From contig SCUM01000001.1 in the NCBI GenBank assembly GCA_004297215.1, positions 612,275 to 676,274 on the forward strand: a stretch of 64,000 nt of DNA, in the 5' to 3' direction. The notes under the pieces are model-generated. The model was given only the letters and a program-made list of their open reading frames with translations. It made no database searches and was not told the origin of the DNA. Shown piece by piece: positions 29,185-37,306 of the stretch (position 1 is its first letter; each line of letters opens with the position of its first letter). The DNA comes from Patescibacteria group bacterium (GTDB lineage: Bacteria > Patescibacteriota > Patescibacteriia > UBA9934 > GWF2-40-263). A program made the translations under genes and the position numbers.

Positions 29185-30024
29185 TCACGGCAACAGCTTG
29201 ATGAGATGTTCGAGGAAGACGCGCAGCGCGGGCGCATGTCTTTTCGCCTGTGCCTGATTGTCCTCGTGAGAGTGCTCCTGCTTGTCGTCGTTGGTGATGT
29301 ACGACAGGGCGAGCACCCTCACCCCGCTCTTCCTGTGCCCGGCGAGCACCGACGCTTCCGGAAAGGTGCTCATGCCCACGCAGGTCGCTCTGTGCTCTCG
29401 CAAGACCGCCTTGTCGTACGCACGGCCTTCGAAGTTGGGACCGCGCACCATGGCATAGCAGCCCTTGAGCACCGCGAGCTTGTCCGTGTGCGGCCCGCCA
29501 AGCTGCGCGAGGCGGATGAGATCGGGGTCGAGCACGTCGTCCGCGCACCAGAACTCGTCGCGCGTGAGCGGGGGTGGCGGCGCGAACATCGACAGGAACC
29601 CGTCGATGGCTACCACCTGCCCGACCGAGGCACGACCTCCGAGCGCGCCGGCGGCGTTCGTAAGGACGAACGTCTTCACGCCCAGCTCGACCAGCATCTC
29701 CACCTGCAGACGCACCATCTGCTCCACGAGCGGATCGTGCATGCCCTCGTACTGGTGGACGCGTCCCCGCAAGACGATGACGGTCTTCCCGGCCACCTGG
29801 CCGTAGCAGACGAGTCGCTTGTGACCCTGGATTTCGCCGAGCGACTCGAAGCCCGGCAGGTCCCGCATGGGCATGGAACGTTCCTGGGCGATCTCGAGCA
29901 GGTCACCCCAGCCGGTACCCAGGACGAGCGCTGCCTTGGGCATGCGGGATTGTACGATGCTGAACTGCTTCTCGAGCGCCTTCGTGGCCGGCTCCAGATA
30001 CGCCTTCGGATTGAACGAACTCAT
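29185..30024 (-). CDS. purine nucleoside phosphorylase (PNP/MTAP family 1)
   Basis: MSSFNPKAYLEPATKAL...ALVLGTGWGDL...VLRGRVHQYEG...MSTFPEASVLA motifs. Start at 30024 avoids overlap with the upstream gene. Confidence 0.75.
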   Translation of the reverse strand: MSSFNPKAYLEPATKALEKQFSIVQSRMPKAALVLGTGWGDLLEIAQERSMPMRDLPGFESLGEIQGHKRLVCYGQVAGKTVIVLRGRVHQYEGMHDPLVEQMVRLQVEMLVELGVKTFVLTNAAGALGGRASVGQVVAIDGFLSMFAPPPPLTRDEFWCADDVLDPDLIRLAQLGGPHTDKLAVLKGCYAMVRGPNFEGRAYDKAVLREHRATCVGMSTFPEASVLAGHRKSGVRVLALSYITNDDKQEHSHEDNQAQAKRHAPALRVFLEHLIKLLP

Positions 30025-30137
30025 CGCTTCCTCCTGGGTCAAATGGACCGACCGCATCCTACCTGGCCCCTTGCCCCTGTCAAAAGACCGGCATGTGGCC
30101 GTGGCTCCTCGGCCTGGGTCGGGGCGTTTGTTGACTA

Positions 30138-30614
30138 TCAGTATCTCGAATGCCGTTTCCATCGCTCAATTCCCAATCCGACGCCATATCCGACAGCAAA
30201 ATAGCTACCGAGCAACAACAAGCTTAGCCCGACAAACCCCAATCGCTCCGAAAAACCGGCACAGAAGTCCGATGGGACATTCGTCAGATCGATGCAATAA
30301 CCGGCCCCTCCCTCCTTGTCCGTCCATGGGGTGCTTCCTGGCTCCTCATACAACGACCAGTGCGTGCATGTCTGCTCGTTGAACGGACAAAACAGGCCGT
30401 ACGGGACGATGAAATGGGAAAAGATCGGAAAAAAATGGCCGGTCAGCGTCATTGGCATGAGCACTCCATCAGGAACCATCCCGCCGTACGCGCGGTCGAT
30501 GGCCGGTAGGGAAAAACCGACATAATAAACCGCGAGGGCGATGCAAACCATCACCCCCGCGATCCCGCCCCGAATTCGGAGCGACGGCTGCTTGAACCGA
30601 TCCCAAAGTCCCAT
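30138..30614 (-). CDS. hypothetical membrane protein (158 aa, Cys-containing)
   Basis: 2-3 TM helices. No family recognised. Confidence 0.4.
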   Translation of the reverse strand: MGLWDRFKQPSLRIRGGIAGVMVCIALAVYYVGFSLPAIDRAYGGMVPDGVLMPMTLTGHFFPIFSHFIVPYGLFCPFNEQTCTHWSLYEEPGSTPWTDKEGGAGYCIDLTNVPSDFCAGFSERLGFVGLSLLLLGSYFAVGYGVGLGIERWKRHSRY

Positions 30615-30619
30615 GCCGG

Positions 30620-30976
30620 CTACTTCTTCTTGTTCTTCTTCGGCTTCTTCTTGTTGCGTTGCTGGGCGTGGTTGCCTTTGGCCATACGCGTGCGTGACGA
30701 ATGATGGGGAGATGATACCACGAGGGCCAGCTTCGCTTCACGCGACATCCGTTTGATCCGCGCCTCGCGCTTGAGGGCGGCGGAACGCGACGCGGCCGGT
30801 TCGCTCCACGCGAGCGCAACGGGGCGGCGGGAACGCGTATAGGCGGCGCCGATGCCGGCGTTGTGCTCGGCGATGCGGCGCGGAACGTCGGTCGTGACGC
30901 CCGTATACAGGCTCCCGCCATGCCTGCCGGCAGGCAGGTCGGCGCAGCGCGCGATATAGACGTGCCAGGGAGACAT
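30620..30976 (-). CDS. GIY-YIG nuclease-domain protein (YhbQ/UPF0213-like) with lysine-rich C-terminal tail
   Basis: [31 protein letters not shown]...[14 protein letters not shown] core. The tail ends [21 protein letters not shown]. Start at 30976, because the annotated ORF runs over tRNA-Ser. Confidence 0.55.
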   Translation of the reverse strand: [118 protein letters not shown]

Positions 30977-31014
30977 ATCTTTCAACAAGACCGGCCAAGC
31001 GGCCGGTCTTCGCG

Positions 31015-31089
31015 TTATTTCGCCTTGCAGCGGGTCTTGCAGCGCGGCTTGCATGCCTTGCGCTTCTTCGCGACCTTGGCTTTGGCCAT
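31015..31089 (-). CDS. tiny basic ORF (MAKAKVAKKRKACKPRCKTRCKAK, 24 aa)
   Basis: ATG-initiated, Lys/Cys-rich. Starts MAK like the GIY-YIG tail ORF. No clear RBS. Confidence 0.2.
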   Translation of the reverse strand: MAKAKVAKKRKACKPRCKTRCKAK

Positions 31090-31184
31090 AAGGTGGAGGG
31101 ATGAAGAATGATACGGACAGTATAGCACCCGATCGATTGACGATGAAGGTCTCGGATGATACGTTGCCGACGCCTTTTGGCCAC

Positions 31185-31274
31185 GGAGAGGTGGCAGAGC
31201 GGTCGAATGCGTCAGACTCGAAATCTGATGTACCCGCAAGGGTACCGTGAGTTCGAATCTCACCCTCTCCGCCA
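31185..31274 (+). tRNA. tRNA-Ser (anticodon CGA)
   Basis: GGAGAGGTGGCAGAGCGGTCGAATGCGTCAGACTCGAAATCTGA...GTTCGAATCTCACCCTCTCCGCCA, class II with long variable arm. Confidence 0.9.
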
Positions 31275-31276
31275 TG

Positions 31277-31306
31277 AAAAGCCGTCCGGTCCACCGGACG
31301 GCTTTT
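31277..31306 (+). terminator. rho-independent terminator after tRNA-Ser (AAAAGCCGTCCGGT-cca-CCGGACGGCTTTT)
   Basis: Perfect 12-bp stem with flanking A-tract and T-tract. Confidence 0.75.
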
Positions 31307-31358
31307 CATTCGGCTTCCGGGACCGGGTCCTGGTTTTTGCGCTATACTCCCCCTCGCT

Positions 31359-32234
31359 ATGACCCTGGGTGACTGGTGGAACCTGATCCGCGGCGTGCCC
31401 ACACAGGCCGGGCGGCCGCTGCCGGAAGGGTTCGTACACCCGTATGAGGACGCCGCCTACGTGATGGGCGGCTTCCGCACAAACGACTCGGCGATCCTTG
31501 TCCGAAACGGGTCTGTGCTTGGCGCGCGCTGGCGCGTGGGGCCGTTTAGCGTGGAGTCGTATTTTTCAGACACCGAGCCGTCAATCGCCTTGCACGATCG
31601 GCCGCGCATGGTGATGTGGCAGCCGCTCACGAGGCTCGACACACCCAAAGGCTGGTACCGGCCGCCCGTGCAGCTGCAGTCGCGCCAGCACGGGGTGGTG
31701 GACCTGGGGGCGGGAGGAGAATATTGGAAGGACTGGTCGAGCCACGCGCAGCGGCATCGGCGAAAATGGCTGCGCGACGAGGCGCACGAGATCGTGGAGG
31801 TCGCCTTCCCCGAATACGCGGCGGCGTACCGCGCCTCGGGCAAGCTCCCGTTCATGCGCGAGGACTTCCTCAAGATCATCGCGCGTCGGCTTGAGACGCA
31901 GGGCTCGAACATGCGCCTGCTCGTCGCGCGCGAGAAGGTGACGCGGCGGATCATCGCCGGCCTCGCCGTGCTCGACCTCCCCGACACGCGGCAAACGGTG
32001 CACGTGAGCGCCTTCCTCCATCCCGACGCCCATCGCACGAGCGTCGGCTACGGGCTCATCGACGCCTGGGCCTCCCAAAGCCTCGCCTCCGGCATCCGGT
32101 TCCTCTTCCTCGGACTCGTCTGGTACCCCGGCGACATGCGCGGCTGGAAGGGGTATTCCAAATTCAAGCGCCAGTTCGCTCCGCATCTCATCGTGTACCC
32201 GAATGCGTTGGTACGATTAGTGCGTAGGACGTAG
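31359..32234 (+). CDS. hypothetical protein (possible FemAB/GNAT-fold acyltransferase-like)
   Basis: 291 aa, Trp-rich. No confident motif; fold assignment is a guess. Confidence 0.45.
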   Translation: MTLGDWWNLIRGVPTQAGRPLPEGFVHPYEDAAYVMGGFRTNDSAILVRNGSVLGARWRVGPFSVESYFSDTEPSIALHDRPRMVMWQPLTRLDTPKGWYRPPVQLQSRQHGVVDLGAGGEYWKDWSSHAQRHRRKWLRDEAHEIVEVAFPEYAAAYRASGKLPFMREDFLKIIARRLETQGSNMRLLVAREKVTRRIIAGLAVLDLPDTRQTVHVSAFLHPDAHRTSVGYGLIDAWASQSLASGIRFLFLGLVWYPGDMRGWKGYSKFKRQFAPHLIVYPNALVRLVRRT

Positions 32235-32330
32235 GGGGTAGTGCGTAGAGGGATGATTGATTGCGGTTTTAGACGTAATACGCAAGAATTCCACCTACGC
32301 ACTACGAACTACCAACTACGCACTCTATGA
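32221..32330. repeat. REP-like imperfect inverted repeat with GTAGTGCGTAG core (family copy 2)
   Basis: TAGTGCGTAGGACGTAGGGGGTAGTGCGTAGAGGG ...(40 nt)... CCACCTACGCACTACGAACTACCAACTACGCACTC. Overlaps the stop of the upstream gene and ends at the galU ATG. Confidence 0.55.
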
Positions 32331-33190
32331 TCCGCAAAGCGATCATCCCTGTCGCCGGCATGGGAACCAGATTCCTCCCCGCTTCCAAGGCGCAACCGAA
32401 GGAGATGCTTGCCGTGGTCGACAAGCCGGTCATCCAGTACATCGTCGAAGAAGCCGTCGCGAGCGGGATCGAGGAGATCATCTTCGTCACCTCCATCGGG
32501 AAGCGCGCCATCGAAGACCATTTTGACCGCAACTTCGAGCTCGAATATCGCTTGGAACAGAAGAAGAAGATGAAGGAACTCTCCCTCGTCGGGGCGATCG
32601 GCAAACTGGCCAAATTCGCCTTCGTGCGCCAGACGAAACCCCTGGGCGACGGGCATGCGGTACTCGCGGCGCTCCCCTTCATCGACCGGCACGAGCCGGT
32701 GGCGGTGCTGTTCGGCGACGACATCATCGACGGCAAGGTCCCGGCGCTCAAGCAGTTGCTTGAGGTGTACGAAAAATATCAGGACCCGGTGGTGGCCTTG
32801 CAACAGGTTCCGAAAAAGGACGTGTCGAGCTACGGGGTGATTGGCGGGAAGAAGATCAATAAGGCCACCTGGGAGGTGAAGACCTTCGTCGAGAAGCCGG
32901 CCGTGAAGGACGCGCCGAGCAACAACATCGTGATCGGCCGGTACGTGCTCACGCCCGACGTGCTTGCCGTGCTCGAGGACCAGCGCGCCGGCAAGGATGG
33001 GGAGATCCGCCTCGCCGACGCCTTCGCCACCTATCTGCAATCCGGCCGACCCATCTACGGCCACCTGTTCGAGGGCACCCGATACGACTGCGGCAACAAG
33101 CTCGGGTTCCTGAAGGCGCAGATAGAATTGGGACTGAAACATCCGGAAGTCGGGAAGGAGCTGAGGAAGTACCTGCGCGCCGTCCGTTAG
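32327..33190 (+). CDS. galU: UTP--glucose-1-phosphate uridylyltransferase
   Basis: KAIIPVAGMGTRFLPASKAQPKEMLAVVDKPVIQYIVEEA and VEKP motifs. 287 aa. Confidence 0.85.
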   Translation: MIRKAIIPVAGMGTRFLPASKAQPKEMLAVVDKPVIQYIVEEAVASGIEEIIFVTSIGKRAIEDHFDRNFELEYRLEQKKKMKELSLVGAIGKLAKFAFVRQTKPLGDGHAVLAALPFIDRHEPVAVLFGDDIIDGKVPALKQLLEVYEKYQDPVVALQQVPKKDVSSYGVIGGKKINKATWEVKTFVEKPAVKDAPSNNIVIGRYVLTPDVLAVLEDQRAGKDGEIRLADAFATYLQSGRPIYGHLFEGTRYDCGNKLGFLKAQIELGLKHPEVGKELRKYLRAVR

Positions 33191-33250
33191 TCGAAACGCG
33201 TCATCCTGGATGACGCGTTTTCGGATCCATAGTAAAATGGCGTCAATTCT

Positions 33251-34633
33251 ATGACATTCTCCAAACGCTCGATTGCCGGCGCGCTCCTGACCGCGCTCGT
33301 CCTCACCGGCCAAGGCTGCGGCGGCCCCAGCGCGGCCGAAGTGGCGGCAACGAAGCCCGTCACCCTCACCGTGTGGCGCGTGTTCGACACGGCGAACACC
33401 ATGCGTGACATCATGGACGCGTACACGAAGGTGCATACGAACGTGTCGTTCAAGTACGTGCAGCTGCGTCCCGAGGAATACCGGGACGAGCTCCTGCGAG
33501 CGTTCGCCGAAGGCAAGGGTCCGGACATCTTCTCGGTGCACAACGACGGCATGGGCGAATTCAAGAGCCTCATGGCCCCGCTGCCGGCAACCCTCAAGAT
33601 CCCCTATACGACCGTGACCGGCTCCGTCAAGAAGGAAAAGGTGACGGTCATCCGCGAGGATCCCACCATCACCCCGCGCGAGGTGCGCCGCGACTTCCTC
33701 GACGTGGTGGCGGGCGACGTCGTGCTCCCGTTCCAGGCCACGCAGAACGCCCCCACCGAAGAAAAGGTGTACGGCCTCCCGCTCTTCGTGGACACCATGG
33801 CGCTGTACGTGAACCGTGACCTCTTGAACGCGGCCGGCATCGCGGAGCCGCCCGTCACGTGGGACGAGTTCCAGGCCGCCGTGATGAAGCTCACCAAGGT
33901 GGGCCCGAACAACGAGATCATCCAGTCCGGCGCCGCGCTGGGCACCGGGGCCAACGTGGAGCGCGCGTTCGACATCCTGTCGGTGCTCATGATGCAAAAC
34001 GGCACCCAGATGACGGATTCCCGCGGAAACCCGACCTTCGGCTCCTACGAGACTCCCGCGCACACGAATCCCGGGCAGGACGCCGTGCGCTTTTACACCG
34101 ATTTCGCCAATCCCACCAAGGAGGTGTACGGCTGGAACGCGCAGCAACCCAACTCCTTCGACGCGTTCGTGGCGGGAAAGACCGCGTTCTTCTTCGGCTA
34201 CGCCTACCACCTCCCACGCATCCGCGCCCGCGCGCCCAAGATGAACGTCGAGGTGAGCCCCATGCCGCAGATCAAGGACAGCCGCGCGGTGAACATGGCC
34301 AACTACTGGATCGAGACCGTGTCAAAGGCGAGCAAGAACCAGAACTTCGCCTGGGACTTCGTGCAGTTCGCCGCCTCGGCCGAACAGGTGCCGAGCTACT
34401 TGAAGGCCGCCGCAAGGCCCACGGCGCGGCGCGCCCTCATCCAGTCCCAGGTGAACGACGAGGACCTCGCGGTGTTCGTGGGGCAGCTTCTCACGGCCAA
34501 GGATTGGTACCGCGGGGCGGACGCCGCGACGGCCGAGGCCGCCTTTGAGAAGCTGATCGACGACGTGCTCGCCGGCATGGACGTGGAAGACGCCATAAAG
34601 TCCGCCCAGAACCGCGTGATCCAAACCTTATGA
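33251..34633 (+). CDS. ABC transporter substrate-binding lipoprotein (family 1, sugar-type), orphan
   Basis: Lipobox LTGQGCGG. Typical SBP_bac_1 length (460 aa). No permease or ATPase genes adjacent. Confidence 0.7.
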   Translation: MTFSKRSIAGALLTALVLTGQGCGGPSAAEVAATKPVTLTVWRVFDTANTMRDIMDAYTKVHTNVSFKYVQLRPEEYRDELLRAFAEGKGPDIFSVHNDGMGEFKSLMAPLPATLKIPYTTVTGSVKKEKVTVIREDPTITPREVRRDFLDVVAGDVVLPFQATQNAPTEEKVYGLPLFVDTMALYVNRDLLNAAGIAEPPVTWDEFQAAVMKLTKVGPNNEIIQSGAALGTGANVERAFDILSVLMMQNGTQMTDSRGNPTFGSYETPAHTNPGQDAVRFYTDFANPTKEVYGWNAQQPNSFDAFVAGKTAFFFGYAYHLPRIRARAPKMNVEVSPMPQIKDSRAVNMANYWIETVSKASKNQNFAWDFVQFAASAEQVPSYLKAAARPTARRALIQSQVNDEDLAVFVGQLLTAKDWYRGADAATAEAAFEKLIDDVLAGMDVEDAIKSAQNRVIQTL

Positions 34634-35211
34634 GCGCCATCTGCAACGGGGCGTCCTGCACGGTCGCGGAGGTCGGCAGGTTCATGGCCGGCATCAGCAA
34701 GGCGTGCGGCAATGAGGGCAACTGCCAGCTGCCGGACATCATGCAGGTGATCGTGAACATCGGGAATTTCGTACTCGGACTCGTGGGCGCGGTCGTGTTC
34801 CTCATGTACGTCATCGGCGGGTTCTGGTTCATCTTCGCGCACGGCAACATGGAATACGTGAAGAAGGGAAAGACCATGATGACGACCGCCACCGTCGGAT
34901 TGTTCATCGTGTTCTTCGCCTTTGCGGGGATCCAGACCTTGAAGAGCGTGCTCTCAGGCACGACCGCGGTACAGAAAGGCGGCAAGTACGTCCTGTGCAC
35001 AGGGACGGCGACCGAAGACCAGGCCTGCGCCCTCAACAGCACCTGCAAGGGGTTCGTATGCACGAGCACCTGCGATGCCGACCACCCCAACGGCGATTTC
35101 CTATGCGCAGACAAGAACGATCCGTTCACCGCGCAGCGGATCACGAGCGAATGCGAACCCAAAAAATGCCCTGGAGGCGATGCGGTGCAGTGTTGCAGAC
35201 TGAAGAAATGA
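34630..35211 (+). CDS. pilin-like small membrane protein P1 (TrbC/VirB2-type T4SS-pilin-like TM hairpin, C-terminal 12-Cys domain)
   Basis: Core GLVGAVVFLMYVIGGFWFIFAHGNMEYVKKGKTMMTTATVGLFIVFFAFAGI is shared with the four downstream paralogs. The start overlaps the SBP stop (ATGA). Confidence 0.5.
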   Translation: MSAICNGASCTVAEVGRFMAGISKACGNEGNCQLPDIMQVIVNIGNFVLGLVGAVVFLMYVIGGFWFIFAHGNMEYVKKGKTMMTTATVGLFIVFFAFAGIQTLKSVLSGTTAVQKGGKYVLCTGTATEDQACALNSTCKGFVCTSTCDADHPNGDFLCADKNDPFTAQRITSECEPKKCPGGDAVQCCRLKK

Positions 35212-35741
35212 TTCCTCTTCCTATGAACCGCCTTACTCTCATCCTTACGTCACTCGCCCTCTCGGCCAGCCTTCTCCCGACGCCCGTGTCGGCGCAAGCC
35301 GGACCCCAGACGTGCGTGGACTCCTGCATAACGCTGTGCGCGACGGATCCTGACAGTCCAGACTGTCCGGATCCTCCCAATGAGGAAGGGTGCAACGCGC
35401 AGTGCGGCATTGCCCCTCCGACCACTCCGCCGGAGACGTCGGTCGGCGCACCAGCTCCGACCCCGCCTCCTGCCGACGTCCCCCGCACCCTCCAGAATCC
35501 GCTCGGCACCTCCGACCTGCGCCAGGTCATCGGCAACATCGTGCGGGCGCTCCTGGGATTTGCAGGGGCCGGGGCCTTGCTCATGTTCGTGTGGGGAGGG
35601 TTCCAGTTCATGATGGCCGCCGGGAACCCGAAGAACGTGGAGAAGGGCAAGCTGACGCTGATTTGGGCCACCGTAGGACTTGTGGTAATATTCTCGGCAT
35701 ACACCCTGCTCGACACCCTTATCAAGGCCCTGTCGGGATAG
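35208..35741 (+). CDS. pilin-like protein P2 (signal peptide, N-terminal Cys-rich and Pro-rich region, C-terminal pilin-like TM hairpin)
   Basis: GFAGAGALLMFVWGGFQFMMAAGNPKNVEKGKLTLIWATVGLVVIFSAYTLL. The start overlaps the P1 stop. Confidence 0.5.
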   Translation: MIPLPMNRLTLILTSLALSASLLPTPVSAQAGPQTCVDSCITLCATDPDSPDCPDPPNEEGCNAQCGIAPPTTPPETSVGAPAPTPPPADVPRTLQNPLGTSDLRQVIGNIVRALLGFAGAGALLMFVWGGFQFMMAAGNPKNVEKGKLTLIWATVGLVVIFSAYTLLDTLIKALSG

Positions 35742-35793
35742 CGTGCTCTAAGCCACATTCATTCCTTAATCCTGTCTCATCAGGAGACGTCAT

Positions 35794-36216
35794 ATGCAGA
35801 AATCGTTCGCAAGGATCGCCGGCAAAGCCGCCGGCATCGCCGCAGCGGCCCAGGGCGCCCTCATCGCCGCGCACGTCAAGGCCCAGGCCCTCACGGGCGA
35901 GGAACTGTTCGGCGGCGCCGGGAGCACCACCGGCGGGACCGATTTCGCGGCCGCCGCAGGCCTCGGCTCCGGCGACCTTACCGACACCATCGCCTCCATC
36001 ATCCGCACGGCGCTCGGATTCCTGGGCGTGGTCGCGGTGGTCATCACCCTGTACGGCGGCTTCCTGTGGATGACATCCGCCGGCAACGACGACAAGGTGA
36101 AGTCCGCCAAGAAGGTGATGATCTCGGGCATCATCGGCCTCGTCATCATCCTCTCCGCCTTTGCCCTCGCGAACTTCGTCATCACCCAGCTCTCCGGCGC
36201 CACGGCCGGGGCCTGA
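35794..36216 (+). CDS. pilin-like protein P3 (signal peptide plus pilin-like TM hairpin)
   Basis: AGGAG RBS. GFLGVVAVVITLYGGFLWMTSAGNDDKVKSAKKVMISGIIGLVIILSAFALANFV. Confidence 0.55.
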   Translation: MQKSFARIAGKAAGIAAAAQGALIAAHVKAQALTGEELFGGAGSTTGGTDFAAAAGLGSGDLTDTIASIIRTALGFLGVVAVVITLYGGFLWMTSAGNDDKVKSAKKVMISGIIGLVIILSAFALANFVITQLSGATAGA

Positions 36217-36302
36217 TCCTTTCCCCATTCCCCCTCCAAAGCCCCGCAAGGGCGAAGGAGGGGTCATGGCTCGAGCTCCGACCGCCGGTCGAGGCTCGCG
36301 CT

Positions 36303-36797
36303 ATGGCAACCCAGGCTTCGGACCTGATCTCAGGCGGACTGAATAAGGCGGCGGGCACGGCTGGATTCGGTACCGTTGCTGCCAGCGCACCTTCCAACCT
36401 TGGGGTTCTCATCGGCAAGCTCCTTTCCGCGGTGCTCGGCATCCTGGGCCTCGCGCTCGTCGTCTTGCTCATCTACGGCGGCATCCTGTATCTTACGGCT
36501 GCGGGGAACGAGGAGAACGTGAAGAAAGCCAAGCGCACCATCATGAACGCCGTCATAGGCATCGTGATCGTCGCCTCCTCTTACGCCCTCGCGAGTTTCG
36601 TGGTTTCACAGCTGCAGCGTGCGGGGAGAGAAGAGATCGAACTCACTTCCCAGGAGCTTGCCGAGATTTGTGCGCTGGATCCGACCAGCTCTGCGTGCCC
36701 GCAGGGCGCTGGTACGTCAGGAAGCGGAACCTCTGGTGGAGGTGGTACCCCATGTCCTCCGGGTCAGACCTTCGTGAATGGAGCATGTAGCTTCTAA
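36303..36797 (+). CDS. pilin-like protein P4 (pilin-like hairpin plus C-terminal Cys/Gly-rich tail)
   Basis: GILGLALVVLLIYGGILYLTAAGNEENVKKAKRTIMNAVIGIVIVASSYALASFV. Start uncertain: a strong SD/ATG at 36266 lies in another frame. Confidence 0.45.
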   Translation: MATQASDLISGGLNKAAGTAGFGTVAASAPSNLGVLIGKLLSAVLGILGLALVVLLIYGGILYLTAAGNEENVKKAKRTIMNAVIGIVIVASSYALASFVVSQLQRAGREEIELTSQELAEICALDPTSSACPQGAGTSGSGTSGGGGTPCPPGQTFVNGACSF

Positions 36798-36821
36798 AAA
36801 CAATTGGTTCATAACGACCAT

Positions 36822-37205
36822 ATGAAACGTCTTTCTCTCAAGCTTTCCGCCGCCGCGTCGGCCGCTTCCCTCGCGCTCGCCCCGCTCGCCACCCGCGCTG
36901 CCATCACGCTGGACAAAGGACTCGCCGATATCGAAAGCGCCTCGGGCCTCACGGGCGGCGAGGGCGGCCTTCCCGCGCTCATCGGCAACCTCATCAAGGG
37001 GGTGCTCGGGGTGCTGGGCATCATCCTCGTCATCTACCTCGTGTGGGCCGGATTCAAGTGGATGACCGCGGCCGGAGACAGCAAGAAGGTGGATGAGGCG
37101 AAAGCCATGATCCAGAACGCGGTGATCGGCATCGTCATCGTGGTCGCCGCCTACGCCATCGCGAGCTTCGTCATCAAACTGCTCTCGACCGCGGTCGGCG
37201 GCTAG
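36822..37205 (+). CDS. pilin-like protein P5 (signal peptide plus pilin-like TM hairpin)
   Basis: MKRLSLKLSAAASAASLALAPLATRA signal. GVLGIILVIYLVWAGFKWMTAAGDSKKVDEAKAMIQNAVIGIVIVVAAYAIASFV. Confidence 0.55.
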   Translation: MKRLSLKLSAAASAASLALAPLATRAAITLDKGLADIESASGLTGGEGGLPALIGNLIKGVLGVLGIILVIYLVWAGFKWMTAAGDSKKVDEAKAMIQNAVIGIVIVVAAYAIASFVIKLLSTAVGG

Positions 37206-37306
37206 TCGCGGACACAATCGGAATTCAAAAGCGCCCTTCCCCACGAACCAGGGAGGGCGCTTTGTTTCCAGATTTCGTTGACGCTGGAAACCGCGTCATT
37301 GGCGTT

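Noticed and set aside
30620-31402. 260-aa minus-strand ORF
   Set aside because: Its 5' third is the antisense of tRNA-Ser (31185-31274). The genuine GIY-YIG gene starts at 30976.
36066-36797. 243-aa ORF extending P4 upstream across the P3 3' end
   Set aside because: The extension overlaps P3 in another frame and is Arg/His-rich with no motifs. P4 is taken from ATG 36303, with the start uncertain.
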